A stretch of 60,452 nt of DNA from an uncultured bacterium (GTDB lineage Bacteria > Verrucomicrobiota > Kiritimatiellia > RFP12 > UBA1067), in contig CAIZQW010000085.1 of assembly GCA_903935195.1 (NCBI GenBank), positions 1 through 60,452 of the forward strand, in the 5' to 3' direction. The stretch's first letter is position 1; every line of letters starts with the position of its first letter. Under the pieces are notes generated by a model, which ran no database searches, was not told the DNA's origin, and saw only the letters and a program-made list of their open reading frames with translations. The translations under genes were made by a program, and so were the position numbers. Shown one piece after another: positions 48,126-56,843 of this stretch.

Positions 48126-48274
48126 CCTGGGAACGCGGACACTCCTGTCCGCCAGAGCAAGTTGTCAGCCCATGGATAGAGGGAACTGCAATAGAGGTTG
48201 GTGAGCGGATTAGGGCTAGACAATGATCGTGAAGATAAGATAGGTTGGCGGACAAGAGTGTCCGCGATCCCAGG
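48126..48274 (-). repeat. 149-bp inverted-repeat (MITE/REP-like) element, copy A
   Basis: The 28-bp terminal inverted repeats are cctgggaacgcggacactcctgtccgcc and ggcggacaagagtgtccgcgatcccagg. Each arm contains its own 7-bp-stem hairpin, GCGGACA-N4-TGTCCGC. The reverse complement matches copy B over ~50 nt at one end and ~40 nt at the other. Confidence 0.85.
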
Positions 48275-48323
48275 AGTGAAATTATAGACAAGGAAGCCTC
48301 ATGCCCCGTTCCCTTCAACAGAA

Positions 48324-48857
48324 TCAGCAAGCAAAACCCACAACTATTAGCATAATACCGCCCCAGATACGCCAAGCCGAAAGACGGAAGAAATAGGGTG
48401 CTGTAACGAGGCATAACATTATTACACCGCATACCACTGCCACGGACCATTCCCAGCTTGCCGCGTCACACTGAATCGCGCTGATCAGCGCACCTATTCC
48501 AATCAGAATCGACCCCAGCAGGCTCTTGAGTTGCCAAGAACGCAACTCCCGAGGGGAACAGACGATCACATCATGTGGATTATGAGGAAAAAGAAAGAGC
48601 ATCGCTGCGATGCTTAAAAGAATCCACCCCTGTGCAGAGGAAACAGCATGGGGGTGAGCATGCATCCCGGGCAGCAAGATAACCAGTCCCAGTGCCCCAG
48701 TAAAGGCGACAATCCAAGCCCTGCGCAAGAAGACCCATGCCCGTGGCATCAGGATCTCCTCGCTGCAATAGGGACAGGTCGCGACATGGGGCCACGGCGG
48801 ATGCCTGCCGCACGAAACACACTGACCTTGGGGATGACGGATCATCATCTTAGACAT
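48324..48857 (-). CDS. hypothetical membrane protein with an N-terminal zinc-ribbon (CxxC...CxxC)
   Basis: 177 aa. 'CVSCGRHPPWPHVATCPYC' is followed by about four hydrophobic segments. The ORF overlaps, or lies within 1 nt of, the stop of the upstream TIM-barrel gene. No family recognised. Confidence 0.45.
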   Translation of the reverse strand: MSKMMIRHPQGQCVSCGRHPPWPHVATCPYCSEEILMPRAWVFLRRAWIVAFTGALGLVILLPGMHAHPHAVSSAQGWILLSIAAMLFLFPHNPHDVIVCSPRELRSWQLKSLLGSILIGIGALISAIQCDAASWEWSVAVVCGVIMLCLVTAPYFFRLSAWRIWGGIMLIVVGFAC

Positions 48858-49722
48858 CGCACAACTTCACCGCATCGCGCAGGCTCTGCATGGCATCTGG
48901 CTTTTTAGGCGAGAACTCCTGTCCGAGGAAGCCCGTATAACCGCTATCCACAATGGCCTTGGCGATCGCGGCATAATCCAATGTCTGGATCCCGGGATCA
49001 ATCTCGTTGCGTCCGGGCATGCCGGCCGTGTGGTAGTGTCCCCAGCAGGAAGCATGCTTCTGGATATCCTTGAGCGGATCTTCCTTCATCATGGCAGCAT
49101 GAAAGATATCATAAAGAACTTTGACACGCGGCGAATTGACCTTAGTCACCAGTTCGACGCACCAGGCTGTCGTATCCGCCATATAATCCTTGTGGCCGAT
49201 GGAATTCAAATACTCTAAGCAGATCGTCACCTTCTTCTCTTCCGCATACGGCGCGATCTTTTTGAGCGCAACCACACACTGCTCAAGTCCTTGCTGCTTA
49301 TCCAGACCCCCGCAATTTCCCGAGAAGGTGATCACGTTGGGGTAACCCCATGTCGCAGCCTTATCAATATTCTTGCGAAGGCTGTCCAGACAGGCGTCAT
49401 GATTTTCCGCGCGATTCAAGCCTTTGCCGATGGAATGCGTTGAAATCATGGCGCAGACCATGTTGTGCTTCTTGAGTAACGGCCAATGCTCTTCGTCGAT
49501 CATCTCCACACCCTTGAGGCCGATACCTGCACAGGACTCAATGAACTGCTCCATGGAGATATTATTCTTCTTCATATAGCCGGCATAACACCATTGGCAG
49601 ACCGACTGTTTGATGTTGCCCTTGAGCGCCTCAGCACTCCAAAGAGACAGGGGCGATGACATGGCGCTTACGGCTGTCGCACCTGCGATTGTCTTCAACA
49701 TATTACGACGTGATGTATTCAT
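48850..49722 (-). CDS. xylose-isomerase-like TIM-barrel protein (hydroxypyruvate-isomerase-like) with a Tat-type signal
   Basis: 290 aa. The leader is 'MNTSRRNMLKTIAGATAVSAMSSPLSLWSAEA'. The 'CLEYLNS' block and the 'HYHTAG' block (in '...GHYHTAGMPGRNE') are typical of this family. Confidence 0.75.
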   Translation of the reverse strand: MNTSRRNMLKTIAGATAVSAMSSPLSLWSAEALKGNIKQSVCQWCYAGYMKKNNISMEQFIESCAGIGLKGVEMIDEEHWPLLKKHNMVCAMISTHSIGKGLNRAENHDACLDSLRKNIDKAATWGYPNVITFSGNCGGLDKQQGLEQCVVALKKIAPYAEEKKVTICLEYLNSIGHKDYMADTTAWCVELVTKVNSPRVKVLYDIFHAAMMKEDPLKDIQKHASCWGHYHTAGMPGRNEIDPGIQTLDYAAIAKAIVDSGYTGFLGQEFSPKKPDAMQSLRDAVKLCDV

Positions 49723-49832
49723 TTCTCTCTCCCCTTGATTAGTTTGTCATACTGTATCGGATGTTTTTATCCCTGTCAAACAAGCGGTTCGAAAAAGTTC
49801 TCATTCTCCACTCGATTACTTCATTTTAGGAC

Positions 49833-49862
49833 TTGCTTTAGCGGAGACTGGGCTGGTATACT
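49833..49862 (+). promoter_or_regulatory. candidate sigma70-type promoter for tRNA-Ala (TTGCTT-N18-TATACT)
   Basis: The -35-like TTGCTT is at 49833-49838 and the -10-like TATACT at 49857-49862, ending 20 nt before the tRNA 5' end. This assumes E. coli-like consensus, which is unverified for this lineage. Confidence 0.3.
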
Positions 49863-49881
49863 AAACGCTTCTTTAACTCAT

Positions 49882-49957
49882 GGGGCGATAGCTCAGTTGG
49901 TAGAGCATCACGTTCGCAACGTGGGGGTCGGGAGTTCGAATCTCCTTCGCTCCACCA
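49882..49957 (+). tRNA. tRNA-Ala (anticodon CGC), CCA encoded
   Basis: The cloverleaf folds by hand. The acceptor stem is GGGGCGA/TCGCTCC with the G3:U70 alanine identity pair. The D-arm is 'AGCTCAGTTGGTAGAGC', the anticodon loop is TTCGCAA, and the T-arm is 'GGGAGTTCGAATCTCC'. The 3' end is ACCA. Confidence 0.9.
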
Positions 49958-49963
49958 TGTATA

Positions 49964-49990
49964 AAAAGCCGCCAGTACCGGCGGTTTTTT
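49964..49990 (+). terminator. rho-independent terminator after tRNA-Ala
   Basis: An A-tract is followed by the stem CCGCC/GGCGG (49969-49973 / 49980-49984) with a 6-nt loop, then T6 (49985-49990). Confidence 0.6.
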
Positions 49991-49997
49991 CTCTTTT

Positions 49998-51692
49998 ATG
50001 AAAACGTTTCATCAAATTTTTGACGCTATTTCATTACGTTTCCAGCCTGCCCTGCTGTCTGTTTTTAAAGAAAAATACACGTTTCACAAATTTACACAGG
50101 ATCTTCTTGCTGGACTGATCGTTGCTGTTGTTGCATTACCTTTAGCGATCGCCTTTGGCATTGCGTCTGGGGTTTCGCCCCAGCAAGGTCTCATTACGGC
50201 CGTCGTCGCGGGTTTCCTCATTTCATTCTTCAGCGGCAGCCATGTGCAGATCGGGGGTCCGACAGGGGCCTTTATCGTCATTATCTACGGAATTGTCCAG
50301 CAATACGGCTATGACGGACTGGCGGTAGCAACCATTCTTGCTGGCATCATGCTCATTTTGATGGGTGCTTTCGGGTTCGGCACCATCATCAAATACATCC
50401 CCTACCCTGTCACGGTCGGGTTTACCTCAGGAATTGCGCTCATCATCTTTACAAGCCAGCTTAAGGATATTCTGGGGCTTGACATCGACAAGGTACCGGC
50501 AGATTTTGTCGCGAAGCTTGAATCCTATTACCATCATTTTCATACGATCAGCCTCACGGATATCGCCATCAGCGTAGGCACCATTCTCATCTGTGTCTAT
50601 TGGAAGCGCGTCACCGCCAAGATCCCCGGCTCCCTGGTCGCTGTCATCGTCATGACCGTGATTGTCTCCGTTTCCCGCCACTATGGCTTTCTCACAACAG
50701 AAATCATCCAGACCATCGGCGATCGTTTTCCAGATGTTTCAAAGGGCATGAGCATTCCGATGCCACACTGGCCATCCTGTTCCTACGAAACGTTCCGCGC
50801 GATGATGTCCCCTGCCATCTCCATCGCACTCCTTGCCGGTATTGAGTCGCTCCTCTCCGCTGTCGTTGCGGATGGAATGACCGGCAAGCGCCACCATTCC
50901 AACACCGAACTCATTGGCCAGGGAATCGCCAATCTCTGTTCCCCACTCTTTGGTGGCATCCCTGCCACAGGTGCCATCGCTCGAACCGCGACAAACATCA
51001 AAAACGGAGCCGTCTCACCAATATCTGGCATCGTACATGCGGCGATCCTTGTTTTGGTCATGCTTTTTCTTGGCCGATTTGCCTCGTTGATCCCCATGTC
51101 AGCGCTGGGGGGCCTTGTAGCTGTCGTTGCTTACAACATGAGCGAACGCCACAGCTTTGTCGCCATGTTCCGCAGTACGCGAAGCGATACTGCCGTCATG
51201 GTCATTACCTTCCTCTTGACGGTCTTTATTGATCTCGTGGTTGCCATCCAGGCGGGTATTCTGTTGGCGGTCTTCCTCTTCATCCGCCGGGCAAGCGAAA
51301 CCATGGTTACCAAGCGGGTGACCTTGCGGACAGATGAAAAGGATTTCGCTGACGCCGAGTACATCCCGAACCTGCCAAAAGATGTTGAGATTTTCCGACT
51401 TGAAGGCGACCTTTTCTTTGGCGCAACAGAACAGTTCCGTTCGACAATCTCACAGATCGGGCGTTATCCAAAGGTACTGATCCTGGAGATGACGCATGTC
51501 TTAAATCTGGACGCAACCGCGTTGCATGCGCTTGAAGATGTGCATAACCTGCTAAAGAAGCATGGTACACGACTGATCCTCTGCGGCGTACATAGCCAAC
51601 CCATTCTCGTCATGCAACGCGCGGGCTTCCTTGAGCGTGTCGGCGACACCAACACGTTTGGTTCGATCAAAGAAGCGCTGGAAGCACTTTAA
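49998..51692 (+). CDS. SulP family anion transporter with a C-terminal STAS domain
   Basis: 564 aa. 'FTQDLLAGLIVAVVALPLAIAFGIASG' is the typical SulP N-terminal block. The C-terminal STAS-like block is 'VEIFRLEGDLFFGATEQF...LNLDATALHALEDV'. Confidence 0.9.
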   Translation: MKTFHQIFDAISLRFQPALLSVFKEKYTFHKFTQDLLAGLIVAVVALPLAIAFGIASGVSPQQGLITAVVAGFLISFFSGSHVQIGGPTGAFIVIIYGIVQQYGYDGLAVATILAGIMLILMGAFGFGTIIKYIPYPVTVGFTSGIALIIFTSQLKDILGLDIDKVPADFVAKLESYYHHFHTISLTDIAISVGTILICVYWKRVTAKIPGSLVAVIVMTVIVSVSRHYGFLTTEIIQTIGDRFPDVSKGMSIPMPHWPSCSYETFRAMMSPAISIALLAGIESLLSAVVADGMTGKRHHSNTELIGQGIANLCSPLFGGIPATGAIARTATNIKNGAVSPISGIVHAAILVLVMLFLGRFASLIPMSALGGLVAVVAYNMSERHSFVAMFRSTRSDTAVMVITFLLTVFIDLVVAIQAGILLAVFLFIRRASETMVTKRVTLRTDEKDFADAEYIPNLPKDVEIFRLEGDLFFGATEQFRSTISQIGRYPKVLILEMTHVLNLDATALHALEDVHNLLKKHGTRLILCGVHSQPILVMQRAGFLERVGDTNTFGSIKEALEAL

Positions 51693-52594
51693 GGCTTGTC
51701 AGCCGGCGTTGGAAGCGGCTTCGTGGGTTCCAGATGGATCATGACGTCATAGACGAGTTTATTCGACTCCATGATCGCCCCTTTAATTTTATGGCTGAGC
51801 GCATGGCTTTCGACGATCGTCATCTGTGGCGCGACCCAGACATGCATATCCACAAACCACCCGATGCCGCTCTTGCGAATCTTGACCACCTCGACATTTT
51901 CGACAGAGGGGATATCGCTTGCAAGTTTATAGACCGCATCAATGGAGTTCTGGGATACCGTTCCATCTAACACATCATGCAGGGAACCTTTGATTATAAG
52001 GATACCATTGATCAAAATGATCAAGCAGGCTATCAGTGCGCCCCAGTCATCCGCCATCTCGTAACCTTTTCCCCCAAACAGGGCGACAGCAATACCGACA
52101 GCCGCAGCAGCAGAGGTGATCGCGTCTGAACGATGATGCCAGGCATCTCCTCTCAAGGCCTGACTGTTGATCTGGGTGTTTGCCCCGAGCACCTTCCTGG
52201 ACATCGTCTCTTTAATGATGACCACCCCAATTAAAACCGGCAAGGTAAACCACGCGGGGACGAGGTGAGGGGTCATGATCTCTTTGACCGAATGGTAAGC
52301 AATAATTCCTGCGGCAGCGATCAACGAAAACCCTGAAAATACACCGGCTAACGATTCAAATTTACCGTGTCCATAGGGATGTTCTTTGTCTGCTGGTTTT
52401 AAGGAAAAATGAAATCCCACCCACGTAATCAAGGAGGTAAAGATATCGGAGGCTGACTCAATGCCGTCCGCAATCAAGGCATACGAGTGTCCAACAACAC
52501 CCGTAATAATCTTGGCCAGCATCAACGAAATATTGACAATCACGGTCAATATCCCCAGATTCACCAGCTCAGCCCTATCTTCGTTTTTTAACAT
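51689..52594 (-). CDS. cation diffusion facilitator (CDF) family metal efflux transporter
   Basis: 301 aa. 'SYALIADGIESASDI' and 'HHRSDAITS' are CDF TM2/TM5 metal-site blocks. It has a C-terminal cytoplasmic domain. Its stop overlaps the SulP stop on the opposite strand. Confidence 0.85.
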   Translation of the reverse strand: MLKNEDRAELVNLGILTVIVNISLMLAKIITGVVGHSYALIADGIESASDIFTSLITWVGFHFSLKPADKEHPYGHGKFESLAGVFSGFSLIAAAGIIAYHSVKEIMTPHLVPAWFTLPVLIGVVIIKETMSRKVLGANTQINSQALRGDAWHHRSDAITSAAAAVGIAVALFGGKGYEMADDWGALIACLIILINGILIIKGSLHDVLDGTVSQNSIDAVYKLASDIPSVENVEVVKIRKSGIGWFVDMHVWVAPQMTIVESHALSHKIKGAIMESNKLVYDVMIHLEPTKPLPTPADKP

Positions 52595-52658
52595 AAAGTG
52601 CCTTTACCTTACCATAAGAGCACCATTTCCGTCAGCAAGAAATTACCTATGCCTTCAC

Positions 52659-52700
52659 TGGAATATTGGAATATGGGAATGTTGGAATGCTGGGAAATGC
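52659..52700 (+). repeat. tandem octamer array (TGGAATAT TGGAATAT GGGAATGT TGGAATGC TGGGAAATGC)
   Basis: There are four to five consecutive ~8-bp units containing TGGAAT, in the divergent CDF/SBP intergenic region. The array lies 65-106 nt upstream of the CDF ATG. Confidence 0.8.
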
Positions 52701-52738
52701 CGTCTTCGGGAGAGACACACTTCGTCGCGAACCTAAGC

Positions 52739-52886
52739 CCTGGGACCGCGGACACTCTTGTCCGCCAACCTATCTTACCTGCACGATACCTTCTCAAACC
52801 ACAACCCATTCAGTAACTTCTATCATGAAAATTTTATACGTGGGCAACTACTTGCTCTGGCGGACAAGAGTGTCCGCGGTCCCAGG
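52739..52886 (+). repeat. 148-bp inverted-repeat (MITE/REP-like) element, copy B
   Basis: The terminal inverted repeats are cctgggaccgcggacactcttgtccgcc and ggcggacaagagtgtccgcggtcccagg. The first ~50 nt and last ~40 nt are near-identical to the reverse complement of copy A. The central ~60 nt have diverged. Confidence 0.85.
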
Positions 52887-52976
52887 GTTTTTCACACTGT
52901 AGAGACCCTAAAACAGTTTTAGATTTCGTTCCTTTCGAGCTTTTCGGATGCTAAAAAGATTGTTAAACTGCCTTCG

Positions 52977-54719
52977 ATGAAATTTGTGCTCATACTCGTA
53001 ATCGCCACGGTCATCGCACTGCCCTTTCTCTTCACGCGCGATGTCACGCAAGATTCGTGGAGGCCCGGCGATCCGGAACTGATCATCGTGACTCCGCATA
53101 ATGAGGCGATCAGGCAAGAGTTCGCACTGGCCTTCTCCGCGTGGCATCAGGAAAAGTACGGACAACCCGTCCGTATTGATTGGCGCGTGCTGGGTGGGAC
53201 CACCGAGATCATGCGCTATCTTGCCGCCGAGTACGCCCGTTCTGCCAAACACTATTTCAAAAGAGAATCCACCATCTGGCCGGCCAACGGACAGGAGGTG
53301 ATCCTCGCAACACACCCGCCAACCACCCCGGCTGACCTTCAGCTCTGGCAACGTTTTCGAGCCTGCGATAGGCCGGATGACATTTCCTGCGGGATGGATC
53401 TCTTCTTCGGGGGCGGACCCTTTGATCACAGCAAAGCCCAGCGCCAAGGACTGACGGTTCCCGCGTGGGGTACGAATGCCCCTCCCCTTGGACTCTTTGT
53501 CGACCACGCGAACCGCGTCCTGATTCCTGACGGACTCCATGGCGAAGTTTGGCGTGGACATGCTTTTTATGGAACTGCCCTCAGCGCCTTCGGCATCTGT
53601 TACAACAAAGACCGCCTCCGCGATCTGGGCATCACCCATCCACCCCGGCGCTGGGAGGACCTCAGTGATCCGAAATATTGCGGACAACTGGCACTGGCTG
53701 ACCCGACCAAAAGCGGGAGCATTGCCAAAGCCTTTGAAATGATTATCCAAGCCACCTGTATGGAGTCCCTCCTAACCGCCGGCTTCACGCAAGACCATGT
53801 TGACCAATATGAATTAGCCCTTTCCGATATTCACTCACAACCCGGAACTACGAATCCCTATTTGCCGGCCAATTACCAAGCGACGCTTGAACAGGGATGG
53901 TGTAAAGGGATCGCCCTCATCCGACGCCTCAGCGCCAATGCACGTTACTTCAGCGACTCCGCCTCAAAAATTCCGGTCGATGTCAGCATGGGGGTTGCAG
54001 CAGCAGGAATCACCATTGATTTCATGGGACGATTCCAATCCGAGATGTCCACACCGGCAGGCAAAGAACCGGCTGTCTGCTACGTCAACCCCGAGGCTGG
54101 CTCCAGTGTCAATGCAGACCCGATCAGCCTCTTGCGCGGCGCGCCCCACCGCGAGCTGGCTGTCCGCTTTATCGAGTATGTCCTAAGCGCGGACGGTCAG
54201 AAACTCTGGAACTACAGGCCCGGTACGCCAGGCGGCCCCAAGCGCTTTGCCCTGCGCCGACTGCCGATCCGACGCGCCTTCTATCCGTCAACGGATCCCG
54301 TTCTGCAACGCGCCTTTGAAGCACATCAACCCTATCTTTCAGATGAACTCGGAAACCCTGAGAATGATGCCTACCGACTCGCACAATCGTTTCACTACAT
54401 TCCGCGCTGGACTGCGCAGCACTTCGGGGTTCAACGCGACCTCATCCGCGCCATGTGCATGGATTCAGGGGATGAACTGAAGTCGGCCTGGCGCGCGATT
54501 CTCGCCCATGGCGGACCCGAGGCCAACCCAAAAGCCATGGCGCTCCTGGAAGCAATGCCGGACACCCCTTATCCGCTAACCTGGAAGAGCGCCATCACCG
54601 ACTATGCAAGCGTTCCCCGTGCAGACATCCTTCGCACCTGGACCGCTTTCTTTCGCACACAGTATCGGCTCGCAGAGGAAGAGGCGAAGAGGAATACACC
54701 GATCATTAAAAAAACATGA
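52977..54719 (+). CDS. ABC-transporter-type extracellular solute-binding protein (orphan; Fe3+/polyamine-type PBP2 fold likely)
   Basis: 580 aa. It has an N-terminal anchor '[19 protein letters not shown]'. '[36 protein letters not shown]' is typical of SBP_bac-type proteins. No permease or ATPase genes are adjacent. Confidence 0.65.
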   Translation: MKFVLILVIATVIALPFLFTRDVTQDSWRPGDPELIIVTPHNEAIRQEFALAFSAWHQEKYGQPVRIDWRVLGGTTEIMRYLAAEYARSAKHYFKRESTIWPANGQEVILATHPPTTPADLQLWQRFRACDRPDDISCGMDLFFGGGPFDHSKAQRQGLTVPAWGTNAPPLGLFVDHANRVLIPDGLHGEVWRGHAFYGTALSAFGICYNKDRLRDLGITHPPRRWEDLSDPKYCGQLALADPTKSGSIAKAFEMIIQATCMESLLTAGFTQDHVDQYELALSDIHSQPGTTNPYLPANYQATLEQGWCKGIALIRRLSANARYFSDSASKIPVDVSMGVAAAGITIDFMGRFQSEMSTPAGKEPAVCYVNPEAGSSVNADPISLLRGAPHRELAVRFIEYVLSADGQKLWNYRPGTPGGPKRFALRRLPIRRAFYPSTDPVLQRAFEAHQPYLSDELGNPENDAYRLAQSFHYIPRWTAQHFGVQRDLIRAMCMDSGDELKSAWRAILAHGGPEANPKAMALLEAMPDTPYPLTWKSAITDYASVPRADILRTWTAFFRTQYRLAEEEAKRNTPIIKKT

Positions 54720-56836
54720 TACCAACGAACCATTTGATAGCCGAGAAGAGTCCTTATCTGCTTCAACACCTGCACAACCCGATTGACTGGTATCCCTGGG
54801 GTGAAGAGGCCTTCGCGAAGGCGCGCGAAGAAGGAAAGCCCATCTTCCTCTCAATCGGCTACTCAACCTGCCACTGGTGCCATGTGATGGCGCATGAATC
54901 CTTTGAGAATGTGAAGATTGCGCAACTTCTGAACGAACATTTCGTTTGCATCAAAGTTGACCGCGAAGAACGCCCCGACGTGGACCGTGTCTACATGACC
55001 TTTGTGCAGGCGACCACGGGTGGCGGAGGCTGGCCGATGACGGTCTGGCTCACGCCGGAACTGAAGCCCATTTTTGGCGGAACGTATTTCACCCCTCAGC
55101 AACTTGCCGCCACAGCCAACACCATCGCCGATGCCTGGAACAACAATCGCACCGGCATTATCTCCCACTCTGATCAGGTGATCGAGGAACTGCATAGATT
55201 CACGCAGCGCAGTAGCAGTGCAGAAGAAGAAAAGTACAGAGGGGTACAGGAGTTGGCCTTCCAGCAGATCGCTTCATCGTTTGATAATACGTTCGGTGGC
55301 TTTGGCTCAGCACCAAAATTTCCCCGCCCGGTCACGTTCAATTATCTCTACCATTTCTACAGTGGCCGAGCTGAATCAGAGGAGGGTCGCCACGCGCTGG
55401 AGATGACACTCTTCACACTGCGCAAAATGGCGGCGGGCGGCATACATGATCACCTCGGCGGCGGCTTTCATCGCTACTCCGTGGACGCCTCCTGGCGGGT
55501 GCCCCACTTCGAAAAAATGCTCTATGACCAAGCTCAACTCGCCACGACCTGCATCACGGCCTACCAGCTCACCTCTGAACCAGAACCTGAGACCCTCGCC
55601 CGTGACATTCTTGACTATGTCCGACGCGACATGACCGACCCTTCCGGCGGATTTTATTCTGCCGAGGACGCGGACAGCCTGCTCGCCGCTGGAAGTCCGG
55701 AAAAGGCCGAGGGCGCATTCTATGTCTGGACCTCCGAAGAGATTGAGGACACACTCGGCCCTGAGCCGGCGAAACTATTCAGCGATTATTTCGGCATCGA
55801 AGCGCGCGGCAATGTAGCGGAGGCCCACGATTTCAGACATGAATTCACAGGCAAGAACATCCTGTTCCAACCGTTGTCCCTCGCTGAGACCGCAAAGCGT
55901 TCCGGTCTGTCCGAGGAACAGGTCGCTACCTCGCTTACCGCGAGCCGTAAAAAACTTTTTGAGACGCGCGAGAAGCGTCCGCGTCCGCATCGTGATGACA
56001 AAATTATCACAGCCTGGAACGGCCTGATGATCTCTGCTTTTGCCCGTGCCGCGCAGGTACTGGAAGATCATGGCTACCTAGAAGCTGCGACACGTGCCAC
56101 CGTGTTCCTTCGCAACCATCTATATCGCGAGAGTGACCAGACCTTACTGCGCAGTTATCGCGAGAGCGCGAGTAGCGTCGAAGGCTTTGCAGAGGACTAC
56201 GCCTTTCTGATCCAGGGATTACTGGATTTATATGAAACTACTTTTGATCCCAGCTGGATCGAATGGGCGGTTCATTTGCAGGAACGCCAAGATGAATTAT
56301 TCTGGGACGCGACAGCAGGCGGCTATTTCACAACAACCGGGAAGGACGCCAGTATCCTCCTGCGTCCGAAAGAAGTATACGATGGCGCCGAACCTTCAGC
56401 GAACTCCGTGTCCGCGCTGAATCTCCTGCGCTTATCGTCCATGCTTGGCCATGCCGACTGGCGGGAGCGTGCGAGAATGACGCTGCGTGCCTTCGGACAA
56501 CAACTCCTGCAGGACCCCGCTGGAATGCCGCAAATGGCTGTTGCGCTGAACTGGCTGGAGGCGAAACCCCTTCAAATCGTCATCGCCGGAAGACCGGATG
56601 CGCCTGACACCCAAGCCATGCTGCGCGAGGCCACGCGCCTGTTTATCCCCGGCAAGATTGTGCTACTGGCCGATGGTGGCGCAGGGCAAACTTTTCTGGC
56701 CAAGCAAGTCGCATTCATGAAAGATATTATTCCTATCAATGGCCGGGCAACGGCTTATATTTGCGAAGACTTCGTGTGCCAACTTCCCACAACCGACGTC
56801 GTGACGATGGCCAGGATACTCAAAGGGAAACAGTAG
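54716..56836 (+). CDS. thioredoxin-domain protein of the DUF255/YyaL (SSP411-like) family with a six-hairpin C-terminal domain
   Basis: 706 aa. The hallmark motif is '[22 protein letters not shown]...[17 protein letters not shown]'. The start overlaps the SBP stop (ATGA). Confidence 0.9.
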   Translation: MIPTNHLIAEKSPYLLQHLHNPIDWYPWGEEAFAKAREEGKPIFLSIGYSTCHWCHVMAHESFENVKIAQLLNEHFVCIKVDREERPDVDRVYMTFVQATTGGGGWPMTVWLTPELKPIFGGTYFTPQQLAATANTIADAWNNNRTGIISHSDQVIEELHRFTQRSSSAEEEKYRGVQELAFQQIASSFDNTFGGFGSAPKFPRPVTFNYLYHFYSGRAESEEGRHALEMTLFTLRKMAAGGIHDHLGGGFHRYSVDASWRVPHFEKMLYDQAQLATTCITAYQLTSEPEPETLARDILDYVRRDMTDPSGGFYSAEDADSLLAAGSPEKAEGAFYVWTSEEIEDTLGPEPAKLFSDYFGIEARGNVAEAHDFRHEFTGKNILFQPLSLAETAKRSGLSEEQVATSLTASRKKLFETREKRPRPHRDDKIITAWNGLMISAFARAAQVLEDHGYLEAATRATVFLRNHLYRESDQTLLRSYRESASSVEGFAEDYAFLIQGLLDLYETTFDPSWIEWAVHLQERQDELFWDATAGGYFTTTGKDASILLRPKEVYDGAEPSANSVSALNLLRLSSMLGHADWRERARMTLRAFGQQLLQDPAGMPQMAVALNWLEAKPLQIVIAGRPDAPDTQAMLREATRLFIPGKIVLLADGGAGQTFLAKQVAFMKDIIPINGRATAYICEDFVCQLPTTDVVTMARILKGKQ

Positions 56837-56843
56837 CACGATT

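Noticed and set aside
48049-48450. ORFs crossing the inverted-repeat elements (48049-48450, 47679-48113, 52609-52809, 52666-52902), giving peptides such as 'WRTRVSAVPG' and 'GQECPRS'.
   Set aside because: They are translations of the repeat elements and flanking non-coding DNA. They start at TTG/GTG and have no supporting signals.
49735-50001. 88-aa plus-strand ORF spanning the tRNA-Ala gene.
   Set aside because: The region folds into a canonical tRNA followed by a terminator. The ORF is an artefact.
52659-52700. Whether the octamer array or the 149-bp elements represent a CRISPR array.
   Set aside because: The repeat unit is only 8 bp with no spacers. The 149-bp elements are two dispersed inverted copies, not a repeat-spacer array. 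No cas genes are present.
52908-53750. 280-aa minus-strand ORF overlapping the 5' half of the SBP gene.
   Set aside because: The plus-strand 580-aa ORF has an N-terminal anchor, SBP-type motifs and ATGA coupling to the next gene. The minus-strand ORF has none of these and would require a complete antisense overlap.
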